This document shows, piece by piece, positions 19,389 to 28,828 of a stretch of DNA of 64,000 nucleotides. Location of the stretch: the NCBI GenBank assembly GCA_046724555.1, contig JBKOWU010000017.1:229-64228 (forward strand). The letters run 5' to 3'. Both the position numbers and the translations under genes were made by a program. Origin of the DNA: Thermoproteota archaeon (GTDB lineage: Archaea; Thermoproteota; Nitrososphaeria; Nitrososphaerales; Nitrososphaeraceae). The first letter of the stretch is position 1. Every line of letters starts with the position of its first letter. The notes beneath the pieces were generated by a model. That model searched no databases. It was not told the origin of the DNA and saw only the letters and a list, made by a program, of their open reading frames with translations.

Positions 19389-20396
19389 CTATGGGGCCTT
19401 CTTCTGCTTTCCTTTCATCCCTATCTTGCCCAATTGTGCAAGCAAGGCCGATAATTGAATTTCGGGATGTGCACCTATCGACATTCGGTAGTCGTATTCC
19501 GCCATTATAGATGCAAATTCATCTAGGTTATCCAATTTCATATCAAACGATTCCTGATTGGCATATTTGAGGAAATCAGTTTCAGACATTCCATAAACAC
19601 TTGTTAGCTCCATCAATTTTATTCTAGCATCATTGAATTTCCCTGCAAGAGCTAATCTAATAATTTCTCCAACTTTAGCTTTGCCAGAAAGCCCTACTGA
19701 AGCATTCACGTTATTGACAGAAACCGATCCCATTCCTGCAGAAGCTTGAAGGACATTAATAGAATGACGTAAATCCCCAAGTGTGGAATCGTAAATTTGA
19801 GATAGTGCCCGTTCCTCATACTGCAGTCCTTCCTTTTCGCATATCATTTTTAGGTAACCGATGACATCTTGCCTTGCCAATCTTGTAAAGTGAAACACAA
19901 CGCATCTACTTTGAATTGGTTCAATGATCCTCGACAGATAATTACAGATAATTATGAATCGTGTAGTTTTCGAACTATCTTCTATTATTCTTCTCAATGC
20001 TGTTTGAGCTTCGGCAGTCATTTCATCGGCTTCGTCAAGAATAATTATTCTAAAGGGTTTATCATCCGTATTGCTAGATGCAAGTTTCATCACAGCAGCA
20101 AACTCTTTGACCCTTTCACGAACCATTTTTATTCCTCTTTCATCAGACGCATTTAATTCAAGAGTATTTCTTTGCCAATCCTGTCCTAGTAATTCCCTAG
20201 CAATGCATAGAGCTGTCGTGGTCTTACCTACTCCCGCAGATCCGGCAAACAACAGGTGTGGGATCTCTGAGGAGTTCTTTATGAGATTGCTCAAGCCGTT
20301 GACTATTTCAGCTTGATCTATGACCTGATCCAATTTTGTAGGTCTGTATTTTTCAACCCACATAAGATTTGAGAGCGCGTTGCTTTTAGTTGACAT
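19389..20396 (-). CDS. rfcS: replication factor C small subunit
   Basis: Begins with WVEKYRP and carries Walker A GSAGVGKTTTA, Walker B ILDEADEMT and the SRC motif QSRCVVFHF. Confidence 0.92.
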   Translation of the reverse strand: MSTKSNALSNLMWVEKYRPTKLDQVIDQAEIVNGLSNLIKNSSEIPHLLFAGSAGVGKTTTALCIARELLGQDWQRNTLELNASDERGIKMVRERVKEFAAVMKLASSNTDDKPFRIIILDEADEMTAEAQTALRRIIEDSSKTTRFIIICNYLSRIIEPIQSRCVVFHFTRLARQDVIGYLKMICEKEGLQYEERALSQIYDSTLGDLRHSINVLQASAGMGSVSVNNVNASVGLSGKAKVGEIIRLALAGKFNDARIKLMELTSVYGMSETDFLKYANQESFDMKLDNLDEFASIMAEYDYRMSIGAHPEIQLSALLAQLGKIGMKGKQKKAP

Positions 20397-20613
20397 AATT
20401 TTGTTACCTCGATGCAGTTTTACAATGTTATTAACCTACCTAATTAAAAGGTAAGTATCTTTTCAACAATGTAGAATTTGAGATTCATGATAATGTTCGT
20501 GTTTTGAATACATTTTGCATCACGAAGAAAGTAAAAAGATCGATAATGACTTGTCTTAACGGGGGTGCATATCGCACTCTATGAAGAGACATGTGATCGA
20601 ATCTAACAGAATT

Positions 20614-21045
20614 TCATTCTGATTCAGCAGAGAACAATCGCCTGTGTTCCTCCATCATGCATCGGTTATAGATAACATCTATACCATGTTCTTTTGCCTT
20701 AAGCTCTGCATTATCGTTGTATATGCCTGATTGCATCCAAATTACTTTGACTTTGTCTTTTTTGTTAAGTGCATCATCGATTACTGCGGGGACATCCTCC
20801 GACCTCCTGAATATATCCACAATATCTATCTTATCTGGTATATCTGCAATCTTAGAATATGATCTTCTTCCCAGCACTTCTGTAATTGTCGGATTAACAG
20901 GAATCACATTATATCCGTGTTCTATGAGATATTTAGGGACAAAGTGACCTGCCTTTTCCTCATTTTTAGACATACCAACCACGGCTATGTTTTTCATTTT
21001 ATAGATGTCCTTTAACTCAGACTCTGAATGAGAATCTTGTTTCAC
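20614..21045 (-). CDS. CoA-binding domain protein (YccU/YneT-like)
   Basis: IAVVGMSKNEEKAGHFVPKYLIEHGYNVIPVNP is typical of the small CoA-binding Rossmann proteins. Confidence 0.8.
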   Translation of the reverse strand: MKQDSHSESELKDIYKMKNIAVVGMSKNEEKAGHFVPKYLIEHGYNVIPVNPTITEVLGRRSYSKIADIPDKIDIVDIFRRSEDVPAVIDDALNKKDKVKVIWMQSGIYNDNAELKAKEHGIDVIYNRCMMEEHRRLFSAESE

Positions 21046-21199
21046 GATGAATATGACCGTGTATTCTAGACTGATCGTATATATATCATTAATCCAGAAT
21101 TTGACATATCGTACTTGAGAATTGCTACTGCTTTTCAGAATTAATATCTACTGTACTCTGTCCTATGTGTGGCTAGGTGGTGAATATTTTCAAGTGCCA

Positions 21200-21622
21200 C
21201 TAAAGGATATCGCTTATCTTCGAAATTATTTCTTCCTGTGCTATAATTTCTGAGGATGATTGGTATAATTCAAGGTATACACATAGGTACCTATCTTTTT
21301 TTTCTGTCAATGCAGTCACAGCCAGATATACAGCATTCCCGAGATCAGCAAGATCAAAAAGAAACACATTTTTATTATGGGTTGATTCGCTAGAGGACTT
21401 CATAACCTGCTGGTGATTTAATGCTGGGATCAAATAACGCAAATAAAAAAAGCCTGATTTTATAGTCAGAGTATCATTATTTCCGAAGAACTTGTACTTA
21501 TTAAATCCTCCAGCGAGCAATTTTCCATCACTATCAACGGCGCCAACAAATTTCACACTTTTATCTAAGCGGAGTGCGCTCAAGCAAATTTCCATTAGAA
21601 AGTTGTGTTCTTCTGTACTCAC
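21200..21622 (-). CDS. Roadblock/LC7-like domain protein (paralogue of 11039..11431)
   Basis: VKFVGAVDSDGKLLAGG aligns with IRYAGVVDDSGLLIAGG of the other copy, and the size is similar. Confidence 0.5.
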   Translation of the reverse strand: MSTEEHNFLMEICLSALRLDKSVKFVGAVDSDGKLLAGGFNKYKFFGNNDTLTIKSGFFYLRYLIPALNHQQVMKSSSESTHNKNVFLFDLADLGNAVYLAVTALTEKKDRYLCVYLELYQSSSEIIAQEEIISKISDIL

Positions 21623-21790
21623 TGATAAAGTAACTTGAAAGCCAAGTATATATTAAATGGCTATATTTGTACTAAGAATTGTAATAGTTTATATTCAATA
21701 ATACTATTTTTTAGTATAGGGGATTCTCCTAACTTTACTAATATTAGTACCAATATACTAGAAGTTTAATGAGATACTTTTGACCGTGTT

Positions 21791-22108
21791 CTAGTTACCG
21801 CTTGCCAAAGCATAAAAGACCACGAGATCTTCAGAATTCCTTTGGAATCGGTGCTCTGTACCTGCTGGGACATATATCGATGTTCCCTCTTTGATAGGAT
21901 AATTCTTTCCATTTAAATTGATCATGCCGTCACCTCGAATAACAAAATAAACTTCATCGACTGGGTGTGGTTCTTGCGTATCAATATCGTTGAAATGCAA
22001 CCGCAAGATGCCAGCCTGAATATGTTCAGTATTTATAAAGTCTCTGAAGTAGGCATCATCGTGGTCAAGTTCAGAAAGAATATCGTTTAGTTGCCACATG
22101 TGCTTCAT
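21791..22108 (-). CDS. cupin domain protein
   Basis: Cupin motifs are present: HPVDEVYFVIRGDG...GTSIYVPAGTEHRF. Confidence 0.75.
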   Translation of the reverse strand: MKHMWQLNDILSELDHDDAYFRDFINTEHIQAGILRLHFNDIDTQEPHPVDEVYFVIRGDGMINLNGKNYPIKEGTSIYVPAGTEHRFQRNSEDLVVFYALASGN

Positions 22109-22581
22109 AAAACTTGCAAGGCTAAGCCATTATAATTTTATATCGCTGAACATTAGCATCGCCATGGGTCAAAAAGTCCTTAAAATGTTCGCGAGACTAG
22201 TTCGATCGTCTAAAGCACATATTATTGTCTCAGTATAGCGCAGCTCGTACGATCATCATAATACTATGCAACAATGTACATAGATGATACTGTTAAGAGT
22301 GACGTTTTGCTCGCTTATAAAAGTTCACATAACTCAAGGCATAGGTTACTAAAATAAGATTTGATACAACATAAATGCAACCACACTAGAACTTCCATGA
22401 TCTTAAGACATATCTTTCTAAATTTGCTTATCCTGGTTGCTCTTTGTGAGTTGCCATCTATATACATTGTATTGTATATTTCTGTCACATGGAAGCTGAC
22501 ACTGATGATAAAGCAAAAAATCTGGGTCAGTTTAAATAAGTGTCTCCCAATATTATGTGGTTATATTATGATGGGTGCTAT

Positions 22582-22779
22582 ATGTCATATTCTTCTTTAG
22601 AACTGGTGTGGGTTATTGGATTTGCAATAAGCACAGTCTTGGCGTTTGCTATTTTGTCCTATCAACGTCATAGACAACACTCGCTAATGAAGCAAGCAGA
22701 AAGACTATACATACATAAGGAATTCATTAAGCATCAAATAGAAATTGAAAAATGGAAACGTGAAGTCTTTAGACCATGA
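22582..22779 (+). CDS. small single-pass membrane protein (putative)
   Basis: An internal ATG of ORF 22540..22779 gives MSYSSLELVWVIGFAISTVLAFAILSY plus a charged tail. Support is weak. Confidence 0.25.
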   Translation: MSYSSLELVWVIGFAISTVLAFAILSYQRHRQHSLMKQAERLYIHKEFIKHQIEIEKWKREVFRP

Positions 22780-23012
22780 TACGCAGTATATATTTTCTTT
22801 TTAAGAAAATGATTATGCTGTCTTCATATATTATTTAACCATATTAGCATTGTGAATACTAAATCAATTGAACTCAGACCTCCATTTGATGGGCTATTTT
22901 TTGATAAACTGCCGCTACAACCCTGACTAGAAAAAGCTTCTAAAGCAGTTTAATACTATGATTGTCATTATATCGCCTGCTAATATGTTCAGAGGAGGAA
23001 AAATATTCAGGT

Positions 23013-23276
23013 ATGAGTAACACTAAGAATATCTCGACTGATAAGCAATATCCAAAATTATCAAAGGCTACTTCCGGTTATTTAGAAATTGAACACTTTA
23101 AGAATGCAGACCTTCATACTGGTTACTTTTGTTACAATTGCACATATTTTATCAAACCTGATCATTGTGCGATAGTAGAGGATAGTGGACCTGATGTATA
23201 CAACAAAGAATCTGGAATTATAGCCCCGCACGGACTTTGTACGCTATGGGATCCTAATGAGGATGAGACACGTTAA
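23013..23276 (+). CDS. four-Cys HiPIP-like small protein, copy 1
   Basis: ATG 23013 follows a GAGGAGG-like purine tract. The motif is GYFCYNCTYFIKPDHCAIVE...IIAPHGLCTLW, i.e. C-x2-C ... C ... [I]-x3-G-x-C-x2-W, reminiscent of the high-potential iron-sulfur protein signature. Confidence 0.55.
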   Translation: MSNTKNISTDKQYPKLSKATSGYLEIEHFKNADLHTGYFCYNCTYFIKPDHCAIVEDSGPDVYNKESGIIAPHGLCTLWDPNEDETR

Positions 23277-23318
23277 TGTTAAAGGAATCATTTTGAGGGA
23301 GCAGTGAAATAGGAAAAT

Positions 23319-23690
23319 ATGCCTAAAATTACCGATAAGATCAAAGAAAAAGTGGGAGCAATTGATAATCTCTCAAAGTTTCAGAAATTCAACAAGCTGA
23401 AAGCATCTTATATAGAGTACGATAAATTTGCAGACTCAAACCTACACGAAGGATATTTCTGCTACAACTGCATTTACTGGATTAACGCGGGCGGTGGAAA
23501 ATGTATGCTTGTGGAGAATGATGGTCCTGATGTATTAGGAAAGGTTTCAGATGTTATTGCTCCACACGGATGTTGTGCAGGCTATGAAGCAAACTATGGT
23601 AAGCTGCATGATACTAGAAATCCAAGTGAAGCTCAAGGTATCGATGCTGAGAAAAATAAAGATAAAGTAACTACTGCAGATGTTACCTGA
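23319..23690 (+). CDS. four-Cys HiPIP-like small protein, copy 2 (tandem paralogue)
   Basis: GYFCYNCIYWINAGGGKCMLVENDGPDVLGKVSDVIAPHGCCAGY is collinear with copy 1, including the shared GPDV and IAPHG motifs. Confidence 0.55.
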   Translation: MPKITDKIKEKVGAIDNLSKFQKFNKLKASYIEYDKFADSNLHEGYFCYNCIYWINAGGGKCMLVENDGPDVLGKVSDVIAPHGCCAGYEANYGKLHDTRNPSEAQGIDAEKNKDKVTTADVT

Positions 23691-24032
23691 GGTTTTCATT
23701 CTCTTGATGTCATCTTGTGACCTGTTTATTCTGGGCTGCAGAAAGTACAAATATACAATATTATTATATTCTTAACATTAGTAACAAATGGTCATCTGCA
23801 AACTAAATATATAATATATGAACTTGTTGTTTTTTAACACCTAGTGCGAAGGATATAGTGATAGCAAATTCGAACGAAAAACTAAGCAATTGATGAACAG
23901 CATGCACATATGAGCGCTGCAGTTCTTCAGAAATTTCGTAAGAAATATCAGGAGATCGTTGAATAATTAAATTAAATTAAGATATTACTGACAGCGGAGT
24001 TGAGTAAAAGCGATTCTCTCCTATCGCTCCTA

Positions 24033-25049
24033 TTATTGTTCTCTATTGCTATATACATGATAGATATTGCCAGTTTTTTCATCCCTGTAATTCCATGAAC
24101 TAGAATTTAACTTAAGCAGCTCAAACGTAGATTTTTGTTTTTCATCGAGTATATCATAAACTGATTGACCAATGACCAAACCATTAGGTTTCGCAAGGCT
24201 AGTCATCTTTACTGCAACGTTAACAGTGTAACCTAAAATATCATGATGGGGTTCCTTTACTATTTGCTTTCCATCCAATGCGTGTATGTCCCATCCGTAT
24301 TGAATTAATGCGGTCTCGCCAACATCTATTCCAACTCGTATGCTCATTTCAGGATAATCATATTGATTTAGAATTGGATTAATACCGTTCTCAATAACCT
24401 TAATCATAGATCTAGCACAATTAATTGCATTTACGCATGGCAAATATAGCTGCTGTTTCTGTGGATTATCGTCTCTGTTTCTATCTGAATTCGTTATGAA
24501 GAACGCCAAAATCGCATCACCTATATACTTTAGGACGTATCCACCGTATAGTGCTATTACAGTTGACATTTCCTGAATAAACGTTTGAATTATAGTTATG
24601 AGTCTATCAAGAGGTAACGTCATCGATAGCTGCGTAGATCCAACTAGATCTATATGCAATATTACAAACGTGACTTTGGATCTAGAAAACTTTCGCAATA
24701 TTTTATCCGTTTCGTCCATCGAAATGTCAAACTGAACACCACCTGATTTCAGTGCTTTCCACATTCTGGTTTGCGCATTTCCGATAGCTAAGTCGATATT
24801 AACTATGGCATCAAGATAAAACGAATTGCCAATAGAAGAAACGTCGTATGATTTACTTGTATCTGCCGGTTGTTGTTCTTTATTTATTTTCTGCTCCTCC
24901 TCTGCTATTACCTTATCTATTTCTTCTACCCCGATGTCTAATTGCTGAGCGATCACATCACGATCGATTCCAGAACTGTACAGACTCAATATCGTTTGAC
25001 GCTGATAACTTGACGATGCAGTGCTGATCTTGTCTTCTTGTGCAGACAT
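24033..25049 (-). CDS. class III adenylate/guanylate cyclase domain protein with N-terminal helix-turn-helix-like segment
   Basis: The catalytic core is FVILHIDLVGSTQL ... GGYVLKYIGDAILAFF ... IRVGIDVGE. The N-terminus (LYSSGIDRDVIAQQLDIGVEEIDKVI) is HTH-like. Confidence 0.75.
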   Translation of the reverse strand: MSAQEDKISTASSSYQRQTILSLYSSGIDRDVIAQQLDIGVEEIDKVIAEEEQKINKEQQPADTSKSYDVSSIGNSFYLDAIVNIDLAIGNAQTRMWKALKSGGVQFDISMDETDKILRKFSRSKVTFVILHIDLVGSTQLSMTLPLDRLITIIQTFIQEMSTVIALYGGYVLKYIGDAILAFFITNSDRNRDDNPQKQQLYLPCVNAINCARSMIKVIENGINPILNQYDYPEMSIRVGIDVGETALIQYGWDIHALDGKQIVKEPHHDILGYTVNVAVKMTSLAKPNGLVIGQSVYDILDEKQKSTFELLKLNSSSWNYRDEKTGNIYHVYSNREQ

Positions 25050-25239
25050 AATTTCATTTCAATTCCGTAGGTTAAGGTTGGAAATACCGATATATCTGTT
25101 TTAGCTCACAGGGGATATAATAGTTGCGTGTATTCATTGTACTTATTTCTTCTGATTTAATTACTTGCTCGATTCGATAATACTTCAAAATGTAACAACA
25201 CTTTTATTCATTTCATTTCATTTATCTTCCTAGTCTATC

Positions 25240-25875
25240 ATGCCTGAGGTTAGCAAGTCATACTATACAGGCAAAGATGTTGATGTAAAAATTACGCAAA
25301 TCAATGATGCTGTATACAGGATATCAGGATTTGTAGACACTTTTGGAATAACCTTCAACCAGTTTTTGATTCATGACGAACGACCCATCCTTATTCACAC
25401 CGGCCACATTGGAATGTACAAGAAAATAGAGGAAAAAGTCAAAGAGGTCATTCCGTTGCAAAAGTTAGCATATGTAGCATTTTTGCATTTTGAGAGCGAT
25501 GAATGGGGTGGCATGGCATTTCTTGATTCTGCTGATGCAAAACTAGTATGTAGTGACTTGACTTCTAAATTAAACTTGACTGGATGGCATGACGTTCCAG
25601 TAGATCATATTTCATTTTGGGACAACGAAATCCTAAAGACTGGAAAAAGGAGATTCAAGTTTATTATGACTCCACACGTACACCATTGGGATAGCATGAT
25701 GGTTTTTGAAGAAACAAAGTCGCTCTTCCCCTCTGATTTGTTTATACAGCCAGGAGACAACAAGCCAATAACATCTGATGATCTATCAAAAGATATGATT
25801 AACCTTTATAGAGGTGCAAGGATCTTTGCGAGTGAAGAACCGGTTAGACAAACGACTAGGAGGCTAGTTAATTAG
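25240..25875 (+). CDS. metallo-beta-lactamase-fold (ODP / flavodiiron N-domain-like) protein, terminated by an in-frame TAG before the last conserved His
   Basis: Carries HTGH, FLHFESDEWGG and TPHVHHWDS motifs. After TAG 25873..25875 the same frame continues YPNMIFPMHGSCIDG... to a TAG at 26023..26025, restoring a full-length (~261 aa) domain. Confidence 0.7.
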   Translation: MPEVSKSYYTGKDVDVKITQINDAVYRISGFVDTFGITFNQFLIHDERPILIHTGHIGMYKKIEEKVKEVIPLQKLAYVAFLHFESDEWGGMAFLDSADAKLVCSDLTSKLNLTGWHDVPVDHISFWDNEILKTGKRRFKFIMTPHVHHWDSMMVFEETKSLFPSDLFIQPGDNKPITSDDLSKDMINLYRGARIFASEEPVRQTTRRLVN

Positions 25876-26144
25876 TATCCCAACATGATATTTCCGATGC
25901 ATGGTTCTTGTATTGATGGTTCGACTTTTCCAAAATATACCGATGCAATAATGAGTAACAACTTTGCATACACTGGAATGCTGTTGGGGCAAAAATTGGA
26001 AACATCATCCAATCTAGTTAGCTAGAAATGCTAAATAGTACAAATTTTTAATTATGACCATACTGTACGGAGGGCCAGTATACCATGAGAAAAGTATTAC
26101 CTAAAAAGGTCATGCTGATTGAGAAGCTTCAAGTTAGCCTCGAG

Positions 26145-26870
26145 TTAGGCATGTGTATGTCTATCCTTTCTCATAATCTCTATAACCTTTTCATCGTTGA
26201 CAGCCTCGAAATTTTGGTAGTATTCTCCTACAGAACTGAAAAATGAAGGTTTCGTAACAACTTCTATGTAATCTGCTTCCTTTCTTAGCAAATTATTTAC
26301 TGTATCTCTTGGAGCTACAGGTAGTGCAATAATTAATTTACTATTCGGAGCTATTGCCTTTCTAACTGATCTGGCAGCAGCTATCATCGTAGCACCTGAG
26401 GCTGCTCCGTCATCTACTAAAATTGTTGTTGTGGCCCACTGGCCGTCGATTTTGTTTACATACGCCTCCTGGGGTTTCTTTTGCGTGTATAGAGCATATC
26501 TACGCTCAATTTCCTGCAGCTGTCTACTTTTTTCTTTTTCAATGTAATCTTGTGGTATATCTAAATCTCTAACAGTTCTATAATCCATGTAAGTGGTGCC
26601 GTCACTCATTATCGCACCAAAAGCAGCCTCTTCGTTGTTTGGTATTGTTAATTTTCTTGGTATAACAAGATCAAAATGCGAAGCTTTGAGTTTTGTTGCT
26701 ATCACGTCTGCTAGCACAATTCCACCGCGTGGAATACCTAGGACCGATACCGCATTATTTCTCAGCCCCTCTTTAGTGATACTGTCGATCAATGCTGCAG
26801 CCAATATATTTGCAGCAGCGATTCTATCTCTAAATTTAAACTGAAGCTTTTTTTTTATTGCCTCAAACAT
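26145..26870 (-). CDS. phosphoribosyltransferase-family protein
   Basis: Has the PRPP-binding loop TILVDDGAASGATMIAAARSV and an N-terminal VLGIPRGGIVLA motif. Confidence 0.8.
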   Translation of the reverse strand: MFEAIKKKLQFKFRDRIAAANILAAALIDSITKEGLRNNAVSVLGIPRGGIVLADVIATKLKASHFDLVIPRKLTIPNNEEAAFGAIMSDGTTYMDYRTVRDLDIPQDYIEKEKSRQLQEIERRYALYTQKKPQEAYVNKIDGQWATTTILVDDGAASGATMIAAARSVRKAIAPNSKLIIALPVAPRDTVNNLLRKEADYIEVVTKPSFFSSVGEYYQNFEAVNDEKVIEIMRKDRHTHA

Positions 26871-27225
26871 ATCTAATAGTATTATATCTCATCATAAATA
26901 TATCAGATATTTTCGATGAGCTAGTTCTAGATTCAAATCCTTTGGCACGCGGTATATTAACAAAGTCAACTTAATAACCACATCGCCATTTTTGTCTGTA
27001 CTTTGTGTTAAATCTCTCATGCTAGATAATAGCCATCTTTATGAATTCTGCTTTACAGACGTGCATATAATTGAAATCCGCAGATGCCCATTAGAATTTA
27101 TGATATCATAAAAAGAACTCTTCCAGTGTCTCATATAGAAGCACTGACCAAGCCGAATTATTGATAGATCAAATAATAACAGTACTTAGCATCGTATATA
27201 ACTGCTAAGAAGAAATTGTATTATT

Positions 27226-28017
27226 GTGTATCGTAAACACATGGTTTTATTGCTGTCCGGAATCATGGCCGCTTTTGGAATAAGTGTGAGTATTATAATA
27301 ATTGCTGTGAACGGCGGTTTTTCAGGTCCTGGCCCTTCGTTATTTAATCCTCCGACTGCTTCTAATCTGTGGGCCGTAGGTGGAAATGTACGCGCAGGTA
27401 CTATGCTAAACTATTCATTGACCAGGATAGGATCGCATGACTCTCCTTGGAGCAGCCTAGGCTCAAATAGCTCACTAATAAATTCATTTGTCTCTCTGGA
27501 TTTTGCTCAGGATGAAACTAATGGCATTCTTAATAATAATGATTGGAAAGTGACGATCCACATTATTAATGAAACAAAACAGTCGCCTTCAATAAATATG
27601 CAGACAATATCTTCGAGCAGTAATATCAAGGAAGGAACCATCTTCTTATCAAAACAACAATTAACTAATGCTGCTTCCCATCCAATCAGCCAGGATTTCC
27701 TGCAATATTATGAACCAATAGAATCTTCTATACTCGAAATTAGAGATATTGCATTGCAACCAGAATATCTCGTAGTGGGAGCGCATTGGAATTCGATTAG
27801 CACAAATGTAGCAACCATTCCTGTAAAAGTAACCGCTCAAGAAAAGATCCGAACAACAGCAGGAACATTCAACACCTTTATATTATCTTATACTATTGGT
27901 TCCAAAACTAGTCGTATTTGGATAGATCAGCACGCCCCTCTTCCGATTAAAGCACAAGTCTATAATACTCAGGACCAGCTTCAATACGAGTATAATTTGA
28001 TTGGGTACAAAAAATAG
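27226..28017 (+). CDS. membrane-anchored extracellular protein, function unknown
   Basis: A 263-aa ORF (GTG start) with an N-terminal anchor, LLLSGIMAAFGISVSIIIIAV. The remainder is Ser/Asn/Thr-rich and beta-strand-like. Confidence 0.5.
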   Translation: MYRKHMVLLLSGIMAAFGISVSIIIIAVNGGFSGPGPSLFNPPTASNLWAVGGNVRAGTMLNYSLTRIGSHDSPWSSLGSNSSLINSFVSLDFAQDETNGILNNNDWKVTIHIINETKQSPSINMQTISSSSNIKEGTIFLSKQQLTNAASHPISQDFLQYYEPIESSILEIRDIALQPEYLVVGAHWNSISTNVATIPVKVTAQEKIRTTAGTFNTFILSYTIGSKTSRIWIDQHAPLPIKAQVYNTQDQLQYEYNLIGYKK

Positions 28018-28828
28018 GATTACCATCTTAATTGGGTTTGGTTACTAGTTTGAACCTTTAGATCAGTACAGCGGTTTGGCTAGAGGGCTTGAACGATTTA
28101 GCTATTTTTATCAATTTTACAAAAAATAAATTCAGATAGTGGGGAAATGCTATTGGCTCGTAGATCATGGTATACAAATGATTCCATTTTCGTACAACAC
28201 ATCTCACTAATATACTGGCTTATCTCTCAGTGAATATATCCCTGTAATCGAAAAAGTATGATGTGATTTTCGTTATTTCCAGGAATATTTTTTCAATAAT
28301 GTGACTGTAAAAACGTGATTAGCCTAATTACTCTTAATTGTGCAGAGAACAGAGAAATAGCTTCCCGCTTTTATATACGTGATTATTTTCTGCTGCAAAA
28401 AATACGTAGCTGACAGAAGAACTATGGCATAAGTACACTAGTGACATTTGAGCATTAGAGCATACTCTTAAAGCATAACTCTGAACTACTCATTTTTCTT
28501 TCTTCCTATGCCGAAACAAAATTCCAAATGCTTGCCGAAGACAGTGTAGGTTGGACTTAGCCTCCTCCTCCTGCGCCCATTCCTCCACCTGTTGATTCAA
28601 CTTCTACCGATTCTAATTCTTTATCTTCCTCTATCTTATCCTTTAATTTTTTGTTTTCTGGAGTTTCGGCTTCTACGTTACTATCTGAAGACATTATAAA
28701 TTAAGTAATACCGTATCTTCTTTAATAAGATAATGCTATATACAATCCAACCTACAAAGGCGAATAAATATTATTATATACATCAATCCAGCTTTCTTTA
28801 TTTGCATCGAGTTTTTTTCCATCCTAGG

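Noticed and set aside
25873-25875. In-frame TAG in the MBL-fold gene considered as a pyrrolysine codon.
   Set aside because: No pyl genes or methylamine methyltransferases are in the window, and pyrrolysine is not known from this lineage. TAG is also used as an ordinary stop by neighbouring genes. A nonsense mutation or sequencing error is more parsimonious.
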